Of a stretch of 64,000 nt of DNA, positions 24,199-35,300 are shown piece by piece. A model generated the notes under the pieces. It was not told the DNA's origin and ran no database searches. It saw only the letters and a program-made list of their open reading frames with translations. Made by a program: the position numbers and the translations under genes. The stretch covers positions 62,001-126,000 of the forward strand of contig JAAOMT010000630.1 in NCBI GenBank assembly GCA_016748015.1, in the 5' to 3' direction. Each line of letters begins with the position of its first letter. Positions within the stretch are counted from its first letter, which is position 1. Source of the stretch: Geosiphon pyriformis uo1. Its lineage: Eukaryota; Fungi; Glomeromycota.

Positions 24199-25582
24199 TT
24201 AAGTGTTCAGGTTGGAAGGTTGTTCAATGACAACTATTGGTTCTAAGTTTCGGGGAATATCTTTAGGACTGACCAAAGGGAAATGTGTACCAATTTGTGG
24301 AATTAATGGTTCAAGATTGTTTCTGGAATGATAGTGTTTCAAACAATCTCCATGTACAACTTTTGCTAGGATTTTATCATCAAGTCTTAGCTTGTATGAT
24401 TTATTGTCTAGGACTTCATGGATAAAGAATGGTCCATCCCATTTATTTTCAAATTTTCCACTCCATTGTTTTTCAGCTTTAGTTCTGTGTAAAAGAACTT
24501 TGTTTCCAATTTTGAATTTATTAGTGACTGAAGGCAATTTGTCATCATGCTGTTCTTTTTGTTGAGCTTGGAAGTGTTCAATATGGGTGGCTGCTATTCG
24601 TCATTTTCCTTTCAATGTGCTAAGCAGAGTGTAGGCTCTTCGCTGAAGTATTTCTTGGAAATTGTTTTCATCAATCGGTTGTGCTGGGTATGTTTCCACT
24701 GTGAAACTGATTGGTAACGTTGCCATCCTTCCATAAGTTAAATCAAATGGTGTGTTTCATGGTATCTTGTTTTAATGTCCTATATGCTAGTAATACTGAT
24801 GGAATAAAGAGATCCCATTCTTGCTTAAAATTGGTTGAGACTTTGGTTAATGACTCACACAATGTTCTGTTAAAATGTTCCACAAGTCCGTTTGTTTGTG
24901 GATGGTAGGGCAAAGACAGAGGTCTTTTGACATTAAATTGTTCACAAATTTCTTGTATTAGGTTGTTCACAAAGTGTGTTCCCTGATCGGATAAAAGTTC
25001 AATTGGACATCCATATCTACAAATGATGTCTTCGTAGATGAAATTTGCTACTGATTTTGCATCTGCTCATTGAATGGCTCTGGCTTTAGGCCATTTAGTA
25101 AGATAGTCTACAGCTACTGTAATATAACAGTTTCCTTGAGTGGTGATAGATAGTGGTCTGACTAAATTAATACCAACTCTGTCAAAAGGCTGTCCAACTT
25201 TGATTGGATTTAAAGGTTCTATAGAGTAAGTTCCTTCTTTTTTTTGACAACTATCACAAGATTCGACATATTTGTGAATGTTTTTTCTCATTCGAGACCA
25301 AAAGTAGTATTTTAGTGTTCTTTGGGTGGTGCTATCTTTTCCAAAATGTGCTGATGAAGGATCCAAGTGCATGTTGTATAAAATGGTCTTTTTTTCTGGT
25401 TCTTGTATTAATCTAAGTGGTTTGGTTGGGTTTTTGAAATTTCAATAATAGATAATGTTGTTGTGTAGAAAATATTGTTTGGCTTGTTGTTGTAACTGAT
25501 GTTTTTTGTCTGGGAACCAATCTGTTGGGATTGTTAATGTCTCCAAATATTGTTTGAGATTGTTGTAGTTTTTGGAGTTCAT
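24199..25582 (-). pseudogene. Element B integrase (separate ORF, one small indel near 24750)
   Basis: MNSKNYNNLKQYL...HLDPSSAHFG...CDSCQ (HHCC), VDYLTKW, SDQGTHF, PYHPQTNGLVEHFN, WDGPF (GPY/F motif). No chromodomain. Confidence 0.9.
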
Positions 25583-25631
25583 TGTTTGTTGTTTTAATGC
25601 TGTTAATTCAAATGGGTGTTGGTTTTGTTTT

Positions 25632-28600
25632 CTAATTTTGCCTCATTCTTGAGAGACAATCAACATTGGTGTGGAGTTTTCCTGGTTTGTGGTGTACAAT
25701 GTATCAGTAATTAGCTAAAAATCCTGTCCATCGGGTTTGTTTTGGGTTCAGCTGGGTGTTTTTGTTTTGTAGCCATTTAAGTCCAATATTATCAGTAATA
25801 ATATCGAATTCTTTGGGTCTGAGGTAAAGATTGAAGTGATGTAGAGCCCAGATTACTGCTGTGGTTTCCAATTCTGTTGTGGGGTAGTTCTTTTCAGTTG
25901 GCTTTAATGTTCTACTAGCATAAGCAATTACTCGCTCATTTCCATTGTCATCTAACTGTGATAGGATGGCACCAAAGGCAGTATAAGAGGCGTCAGTTGC
26001 TAACTGGAATTGGTTGCTGAAATCTGAGTAGGCAAGGATTGGAGCTGTTGTGAGTTTTTCCTTAAATATCTCAAAGGCATTTTGGTGTTCTTTTGTCCAT
26101 TTGTATTCAACATTTTTAGTAGTGAGCTGGTTGAAGGGTTTTGCAATTTCTGAGAATCCTTTGATGAATTTTCAGTAATAGAATGCTAATCCAATAAATC
26201 CTCTTAATTCTGTGGTATTTTGTGGAGTCTTGAAGTTTTTGACAGTACTGATTTTTCTGGAGTCTGGTTTAATTTCATCTTTGCTAATAATGTGACCAAA
26301 AAAAGCTAAACTTGTTTTTCCAAAGTAGCATTTTTCAATGTTCAGTTTCAATTCTGCTTTCCATAATCGTTGAAAAACTTCTCGCAGGTGAATTAAATGT
26401 AGCTCGAAAGATGATGAATAAACATCAGTGTCATCAAGATAAATTACTACTGATTTCCAAAGGAGGCCTTTGTAAACAACATCCATGAGTCTTTGGAATG
26501 TTGCTGGTGCATTGCATAATCTGAAAGGCATTACATTGAACTCGTAATTTCCTCCTTGAGTGGTGAATGCTGTTTTGGGGCGGTCTTTGGAATCCATAGC
26601 AACTTGCCAGTATTCACTCTCTAAATCTAATGTTGAAAAGTATTTGGACTTTCCAAGGGCATCCAACATGTCATCAATTCGAGGAAGAGGGTAGGCATCC
26701 CCAATGGTGATACTGTTGAGTTGTTGGTAATCAACACAAAATTGTATCTTTCTATTTTTTTTTTTAACTAGAACCATAGGTGAGGCCCATGGGCTCATTA
26801 ATGGTTGAATAAGCCTATTGTTAAGCATCCATTGTACTTCTTTTCGGATAAATTGGTAACTTTCTGGAGCAACTCGATAGGCTTGTTGTCACCTGGGTTT
26901 GGCATCTCCTGTATAGATTTGGTGTTGAACCAAATCAGTTCTTCCTAAGTCATTGTTGTTTTCGGCGAAGATATCAGCAAATTCTGCAATTAGTTCTTTG
27001 AACTGGGTCTGTTGTTGTGGTTCAAGTTGTCCCATGTTGATTTGAGATAGTTTTTCCATGACAACATGGTAGTTTTCAGAGCTAGGGTTTGGGTTGATTT
27101 TTGGTAGTAAATGTCTAATAATTTTAGGAAAATCGGGGACTGTTTGGAGTAATTCTTGTTGAAATATATTACTGTGAATAACTCTAATTTCTAAATTATT
27201 TAATAAAATTATGGGGTAATTATTGGGATTGTAAAAAGTAACTTGGACTTTCTTTGTTCCTTCTGGAATATAAATGTTTGGGATTGAAATATTATGTTCC
27301 AAGCAGATTTGTTCATTGGACTCAAAAATTTGTTGTGTGGTTGTTGGCTTTGTGCAAATATAGATTTCCGGATGTTCTCCAAAGGGTGAGATAGTAATCG
27401 GTTGTGGAAGTTTGAGAATCTGGTGGGATTCATTCTGTGTATTAAGAGCTATATTAACTGGAACTGTGAATCGTCCAGTTGAACCAAAACCTTGGGTTCC
27501 TCTATTGCTTTTTCCTAATTGTTCTCTTTGATTGACTAGTTGTAAACCCGAAATGTTAATTAAAAGTAGGTAAATAGCTTGGGCAATTTTTTCAGCATGT
27601 TTGATCTTGAATGGTTTGTCAGTTTCATTTTGAAGCATCACTGTTATGTTTCCAGTATATTCAGCATCAATTATTCCTCCTCTGACATTGATTCCTTTGC
27701 TTGCCAGAGAGGACTAGGAGGCGATTTGAACCATTGCTCCTGGCAGAATTTTGAGTGCAATTTTGAGGTTGATTTTTGTAAGAGATTTGGGTTTGAGAAC
27801 AAGAGTATCCTTGCCTGGATATCTTAGGTCATATCCAGCATTAATTTCATGTGCTTTTTCGGGTTTTATTCTCTGTCCGTTGTTGTTGAAGTATTTAAGT
27901 TGTAAGGCAGGCTGATTTTCGATAAGATAGATGGGTGTTGTTTCAATTTCTTTCATTTCTTTAGGTTCTTCAAATTCAATTTCATTCTCATCATTTTTGC
28001 TGGGCAAGGGGATACTAAGAGCATAGCATTCAGGACACCACTGTTCATTGCAAGGCATAATGCATTCTTCACATAGCCTAATGTTCATTTGCTCTAATCA
28101 TTGAATTTGAGCTTCTTGGGTCGGGTAGGTGTAACTTGCAATTTGGTGATAGACTTCTACTTCATCTTCGTAATTGAATCCAGCTAATTCCATAGTGTAT
28201 TCAATGTATTCTGCTTTCTTCATTTGACAAACATCTTCTTTGGTAGCTCCATTAATTAATGCCATTGCTAAGTCGAAAATCATCTTGGCATCATAAGAGT
28301 AGTGATAAAGTTTGTTGAGAGCACTGTTGTATGCTGCATTAAAGGGTGTTCTTCTTTTTACTTTTTCTGAAATTGATAAAGCATATTGGCAGGTCTGATC
28401 GCAGACGCCTCCTCTTATTGCTACATCAATCCAATTGCATTCTTCTGGTAGCATATCTCCACAAGTTAAACAAGGAGTGTTGTCCCATTTTCTGCTTCTT
28501 TTTATTAGATGGCCCCATTGCTCTCTGTGGCAAGTCTTGCAGTAATAACAAGTATGATTCTCATATTCTTCTTCAGGTGAAATGCAGGCTCCCATTGACA

Positions 28601-31244
28601 ATAGTTTCTTGTGGCAGTCCTTACATTTAAGGGGAATATAGGGGCGTTGTTTCCTTGGTTCGGGTTTTGAGTAAAGTATATTCCATCCAGAGGTTTCGGG
28701 TTTAGTGTGTGGGGTAAAATGTTCTTGTTCTGTTTCATCAGCCCAGTTGGACGTTAATCCAAGAGCCATGAATGTTTCGATTATTGGTTTTTCTTCTTCT
28801 GGTTCAAATTCAAAAGCTGGGGCTTTTTCAGAGCATTTGTTGAATGTACCACAAATGGCAGGTATTCGGGCGTGTTGTCCTTGGTAGAAGATTGTTAACT
28901 CTTGTGTTTTCCAATTCAAATTAGCATTGGCTTTTTGAAGCCAATTATTTCCGACAAGAGCTTGGTACTGGGGTGTGTCCATTACAAGAACTTTGACTGG
29001 AATGGTGATTCCATCAAGAGTGAATAGAAAATTGTCAATTTCTCCTACTGGGGTCTTTTTCATGCCATCAGCAGTGACAATTACTGTTTGAGCTGGTCGG
29101 TCAACCTTTCTTTTTAACTGTTGCATTAATTGGTAGATAATAATGCTTCCAGCGGATCTACTGTCTAAGATCAAGTGAATTGGCTTTCCTTCTACTTCAG
29201 TTTCTGTGTACATTGCAGTGATGGCTTTTTGCTCATTAGCTGCTGCATTGCTAAGCAAGAATGGTGATTCATTTGCTTCAAATTCAAAAGGAAAGATATT
29301 AGAGAGATTGGCATTTTCAGCAATTCGGACTGGTGGAATAGTAGTGTGGTTATGAGAAGGGTTTCGTTGTTGTTGTACTGCAGCTCTACCTTCCGAGAGT
29401 GCAGTATGGTGAAAATCCTGTTCTTCTGACATTGTTAAATAACTGGATTGAGTGTGGTAATGGTTGGGTCTTGGTTGAGTGGTATTTTGGGGAACTAATT
29501 GGTTGTTCGAACTAATTCTACTGTTGTTTACTTGGTATTGGTTTTGTGGTGTGAATTGATTTTGTGTAATCAGTCTTCAAGCAGATACTTGATAATATTG
29601 TGTGGGTAGTTGTTAATATTGCTGTTGGATTAGTTGTGAGGCGGGCTGATAATAGTTATTTTGGTATTGGGGTCTTGGTGAATAGTAAGCTGGTGGTAAT
29701 GGTTGATAATAAGATTGTTGTGGTGGAGAGTAACGTTGATTACCTCTATTTTATTGGTCTTGTTGCAGCTTTCTGCAATCTCTTTTCCAGTAGCCAGAGA
29801 TTCCACAGTAATAGCAATTCTGGGGCTGGTTATTGGAAAGTGGTACAAAGTTATTTTGATTTCGTATTTGGGGTGGTTGATATCTTTGGGGTTGTTGTTG
29901 TTGTTGGTTGGTAAAATAGTTTTCGACCTTCTTTGTAAGTTGGTCAATTTTTTCCTCAGCTGCTGAGCTGGTTTCTCCAATTGTCAAATTTACAAGTTTT
30001 GTACAATTGACTTCTTCCATGGCCATTTCGTATCTTTTTGCATGCTGTATGGCAGAGTTTAAATCTTCTGGCGTGTGTGGGCGAACCTTTTTAATTAGTT
30101 TATCTTTTAGACCAGCAATAAATTGATCCAAGATTTGAGCATCGGAATAATAATTGTTTGTCTCAAGTTGGCGAATCCGTTTGAGAAGTTTGTTGAATTT
30201 CCCAATATAAGTCATAACGGATTCGGAGAGTTCTTGTTTGATATTTCGAAAACAATTGTAAAGAGTAATGAAGATATTATTGTCGGTAAACTATTCAAGG
30301 AAGGCTGCTTTGAAAGCATTCCAATCATTGAATGAGACAGCAAGGTTTTCAAACCATTCTCCTGCTGTTTCTTTAAAAAAATAGGGAATTGTTCTTAACA
30401 TTCTGGCAGTGTTCTATCCATTTGCATCTCCAGTTTTAGTAACTTGGTCGAGCCATTCTTGGGGACTGGTCTCAATATCTTCTCCATTGAATTCAGGGAT
30501 TTTTGCGATGTATGTTGTCATTTTGTCTTCTTCGTTTTCACTGTCTATTGATTCTTCTTTGGTTATTTCAGAGTTGTTTTCTTCATTTGCTGCTGTCTCA
30601 GAGTGTTCACTTTGATTTTCAGCTAGAAAATCAAGGAGATTGGAACTAGTTTGAAGGGGTTCTTGTTGTCTGGATTGACTTCTGAGTAATGTAAAATCTT
30701 CTGGTCTTGCAAATTGATTCAAGGGTGAATTAGGTGTTTGTGCTTGTACAAGTAAAGCTGAAAAAGGTGTGATAGTAAGTAGAAGTTTTGAGCTGGTTCT
30801 TTGTTCAGGTGTTTGTAAATGTTTGAATGATATTTTGGAAGTATTGGGTGTTGTGTGAACAGGCCGGTTATCTTTTTGTCTTTTGTTGCTACTGGTTTCA
30901 GGTTCAGATTCGAGTTCAAAAGCAAATTGTGCGTTTGTAGGATATCTTTCTTTGCAGAATCGAATGATATTATAATCAAGTTCCTCAAAATAAGTAGCAC
31001 AAGCTTCAGCACTAATGTTCTCTGATTCAGTGTTGGAATAGTGTAGTATGTTCTCAAGAAGATCTCTTTTAACTGTTGTAATGTTATAGTTCCCAAAGAG
31101 GTAGTCATTGATTCGATTTTCGATGTATTGAAAAAGTGTTTTCTTGAAAGCTATGATTCCATTGCGTATTTCAAATCGTTGTTTGCAGTGTGTATAAATT
31201 AATTGATAGTACTCTAAGGTTGTGATGTTTGAGGTAGTCACCAC
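25632..31244 (-). pseudogene. Element B Gag-Pol polyprotein, single frame of ~1870 codons with nonsense mutations
   Basis: Fragments starting at 31244, 30215, 29432, 28088, 27641 and 26828 are all co-frame. Motifs: capsid KIPEFNGED, CYYCGISGYWKRDC, LILDSRSAGS, dUTPase motifs, YPLPRIDD, IYLDDT, ATDASYT and NVDCLSRMRQN*. Confidence 0.92.
27475..27860 (-). other. dut: dUTPase domain within element B Pol (homologues: A ~35995-36380, D ~59115-59500, E ~51839-52019 partial)
   Basis: All five trimeric-dUTPase motifs in order: AGYDL, S*SS (RSS), GIIDAEYTG, KIAQ, RGTQGFGSTG. Confidence 0.92.
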
Positions 31245-31285
31245 TTTGAATTTGTTGCTGTGTTATTTCTGTGGAAAGCACCAAA

Positions 31286-32269
31286 TGTTACCAGAGGTTT
31301 TTGGTCTCTTTTCTGTAATATTGTTGATACTTATTTGCTGTGAATTCACATTTTCTGGATGTGGTTGAACCTTCAGTAACTGAATTTTTAACTTCAAATT
31401 ATCTCTTATAATTTGAACTTGCTGAGCTTATGAGTGGAATGGCTAATTCTGTGCCAGTTGCTTTGTGTAGTTACATTGTAGTAAATGTCAACTCTTTCCC
31501 AGGAATTGCTCATCTGGAAGCTCACTAAAAATGTGTAGTTACTTTGCTGTGAAAGTCAACTCTTCTACAGGAATCTCGTCTGTAGGTTACCTTAATGATT
31601 ATGATAAGAAAATAAAAGAAAATAAAAGAAATGTAAAAGAAATAGAATTTTATCAAGAGAAACGTTTTCTATCCAGGCCTGGAGTCACTAACAGTTTACT
31701 GAAATTGGTAGCTAATCAATTTCAAAATATTAGTTGGGTTTTGGGAATTTTTCAAGTGCAATAATTAAAGAATTTGGTTTTTCAAATTATTTGATATTTA
31801 TTTCTTTTTGTGTGTATAGGAATGGTTCTAAGTGATAAATCTAGAGTAAAATATTTTTTTCTCGAAGAGAGAAGCTCTTCTTTTATACAACTTGTCATAA
31901 CACTATTCTATGAACTTGAACTTTGCTATTTTCTACAATTTTGCTGAACTAAAGATACATTTCGGTGAACTACAAGTTATTTCTGTGAACTTATTAGATA
32001 TTTTGGTGAACTATCAATTATTTCGGTGAATTTCTATAAATTTTGGCAAACTTTTGAATGTTACATAGTTTGGGGTATTGCATGATTGATCATCGCAATT
32101 AGGTTACATTTGTGTTGTGTACAATTTGGATTATTAATTAAATAATAATTTCGGACATTTTTTGCTAATGTAATAAGTGATAATTTGAAATGATAATATA
32201 TGCTAATTAATGATAAGAATTATAAGATAGTTTTATGCTAAATGATATCTCTAATTTCATTTGGTAACA
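31286..32269 (-). repeat. Element B 5' LTR
   Basis: Followed on the minus strand by TT-TGGTGCTTTC (PBS). Confidence 0.95.
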
Positions 32270-32317
32270 GCACCAAACATTACTATTTTCTTACCCTACC
32301 AAGTTTACCTATAACAT

Positions 32318-32336
32318 TTGGTGCTTTCTGTAAGGT
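32318..32336 (+). promoter_or_regulatory. Primer-binding site of element A (consensus across A/C/D: TGGTGCTTTCTGTGAGG)
   Basis: TGG start 2 nt after the LTR end. Related sequences sit at the same position in B, C and D. Confidence 0.8.
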
Positions 32337-32377
32337 TATAAATCCACAGAGACAGAACACCCCAGAAATTCACAAAA

Positions 32378-35300
32378 GTGACAACTATTAAAACAGTAGG
32401 AAAAGACTACTCTCCATATAGAAAAGCATTATTTCAATACTTTTAAAAAGATCTAGGAATACCAGCAGAAACTGTTTATACAGAAAGTAATTTTTGTAAC
32501 TATATCAATGCAAAAATTGACTACTTATTAGACCATACAACCAATACAGGAAGACTTGAAGAACAAATCCATCAAAGCTTATTAGAGTACTCAACAGTCA
32601 TGACTACCTGAGCAATTACTGAAACTCTGCGCATAATTGATACAGATATTAAATATTACATGGCAAAATAATTCCCTCAAATACAACAACCAGTGGAATC
32701 TGACTCTGAGGAATATGAAAACAAATCTAACAACTTTACAACTGTCCAAGCCAAGTCCATGGTCAACAAAAAACCAAGATTCTTTTTCCCAACAACTCTA
32801 TCATATCATCAAACACTCCAAAGTAGAATTGTATTCAACTCATCTCCAGAAACCCAGTCGGAAACACTATGAACTCCTAAAAATCTACACTCCTGGGGTC
32901 AACACAATTGGACCAAATCATTAGGAAAATATGGATTATTGTTTGGAAATTTCATCCCAACAATTAATAAAACAGACAAAAATACATCAACATGAGAAAC
33001 ACTACCAACCCAACTCTTGACCAAATTATCAATTACTCTCTCTAAAAAAACAGCTATTCTCCAGCCCATTGAGATAATTAACAAAAGAAAACAACCAAAA
33101 TTAGCACCAGGAGAACACTCTAGCATGCAAACACCAAACTCCTCAGCATCAACCAATAAGACTCCATCTATTTACCAGATCATGGCTTACTGAGATATTG
33201 CCAAATTAAAAAAATTCTCTGGTGAAAAAGACAATGCATATACATAAATTGCAGAAGCCAAGAAAGCTATTACTGCCAACAATTAAGATGATAATAGGGC
33301 CATTCAAGCATTGTCATTTTTTTTGACTGAAATTGCAGACTCATGATATCAAAGCCTTACAGAAAAACCAACCAACTTTGCTGTCTTTAAACTTGTTTTT
33401 CTGCAATACTTTTGTGATCCTAATACTCTCATCAGATTACAAAATCAGTTTAGTATAATAAAACAAAAAGATCACGAAGCAGTAACCACTTATCTTGGAT
33501 GATTCAACCAAATCCTTCATTAAACCCAGGCCATTGAAAGGAACTACTACACTGTGGCACAAATCCTTAATCAATTTGTCAAAGGATTAAAGAGCAGCCT
33601 CCTCCGATCTGTAAGACTCTACCACCCAACAAACCTACAAGAAACAGTTACTTTTACTTATGCCTTTGAGTCAGCAGAACAAAAGGCTAACCATATTCAA
33701 GTTGTTAATCTGGCTATTAATGAAATATTCAATATTGACACAAAAATAACTCAATTAAGTAAAAAAATAACTCAATTAAGTAAAAAATTAACTCAAAAAA
33801 TTGAGGAATTTTTAGCTGATACTATAAGACTCTATCAGCCACCACAATAAAGAGATAGTAATAATAACAGATACCAATAACAACAGAATTGTCAGCAACA
33901 ACAACAATCTTGAAGATCCAATTTTCGCAATTATTACTATTGCCAAAAATCTGGACACATTGTCTAAAACTGCTATAAGAAAGTAATGGACCAAAATCAA
34001 GGAAATTAATATTAACAACTGAGATACTCTCAAAACATGGTATTCCAATACTTTGCACCTCAATATCAACTGCCTCAATACTCACAACAAATTCAGTATA
34101 CCTAGCAACCACCTCAGAACTATTACCAGTCATTACAGCCAATGGTTCAAACAGTATTCTAGTACCAAAACTCTGTTAATAATCAACCTAAACATTGTGT
34201 GATTGATTACAACCAAAGATAAAGAAACCCCAACAACAATCAGATGTCAACTAACAGTGTACCATTGCAATCTCTAAATTATAGTAATATCTCATCTTGA
34301 CCAGTACCAACTGGATATTCTAACCAAGTCTTATATTTTGGTTTCAATAAAAACCAGGATTTTTATAGCTTTACATCTTTAGAAAGAAAAAATGTAGGAG
34401 AGACTCCCAACCTTTTAAGAGAAAATTGAACCAACAATACTATCCCATCTACTATTATCACTGAAGATATTACCTTTGCTGTTATTTTTCCTTTCAACAT
34501 TGATGGTCTGAACACAAATAGCCTTTTTAGTGGAGCTGTCATAAATCAGGACAAACCAATCACAGCTCTGTACACTGATGCTAAAGTTGAAAACATAGAC
34601 ATTAAATTAATTCTCAATAGTGGATCAGCAAGCAGTATAATAATAAAACAACTTATGAATCAATTAGGTTACCAAATAGATCATGCTGCAACTGTCTGAA
34701 TAATTACTACAGATAACAATACCAAAATCCCAATCAGAGAAATCAATAATTTCCCCTTTGAAATCAATAGAATCCAAATTTCTACAAAAGTCCTGGTCAT
34801 GGAAGCCACACAATATTAAGCTCTTGTCAGAAATAACTGGCTGGCCAAAATCCATGCCACTTTTGACTAAAACACACAGAAATTACAAATTATCTTTAAT
34901 GGATGACATGCCTGAGTTCTAGCTACATGTAAACACTTTAAAGTCCAAAGCTTGAAGGAACCACTAATTGAATTCGAAGACACCACACCACTATCAACTA
35001 TAGAAATCTATCAAGTTTCATGAGTAGACAATTTCCGAACAGAGTTACCCTTACCGCCAACTTGGGAAGAAAAGGAAAAGGGAAAAACAGAAAAAAAACT
35101 ACAATCAGCATCTACAGACTATTCTGCCCCAAGTCAAGGAAGTCAATAGTATCAAATCTTGAAATTAATTTGTGTCGACTGTGGAAAAAAGTTATCTTCT
35201 ATAGGTGCATGTATTGGAGATGATGAGAAATGGCCAACTACCACCAAATATTACTGCAGACTTTGTATGTTGAAAAAATTTGGCAGACCAAAATAACAAG

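Larger units (their letters stand above)
22411..32269 (-). mobile_element. Ty3/gypsy-type LTR element B, complete (9859 bp), nested in the 5' LTR of A
   Basis: 984-bp LTRs at 22411-23394 and 31286-32269 with TGTTAC/GTAACA ends. TSD GCAC at 22407-22410 and 32270-32273. PBS TGGTGCTTTC. PPT AAGGAGGAGG (minus strand) at ~23398-23407. Confidence 0.95.

Noticed and set aside
24199-24330. Chromodomain at the integrase C-terminus
   Set aside because: After the GPF module the protein ends in a short tail (PRNLEPIVVIE) with no chromodomain aromatic-cage pattern.
33743-33790. 21-bp duplication (KITQLSK twice) and the 11-bp triple repeat at ~45652-45691
   Set aside because: Local slippage in dead copies; the 21-bp duplication is absent from the related element C.
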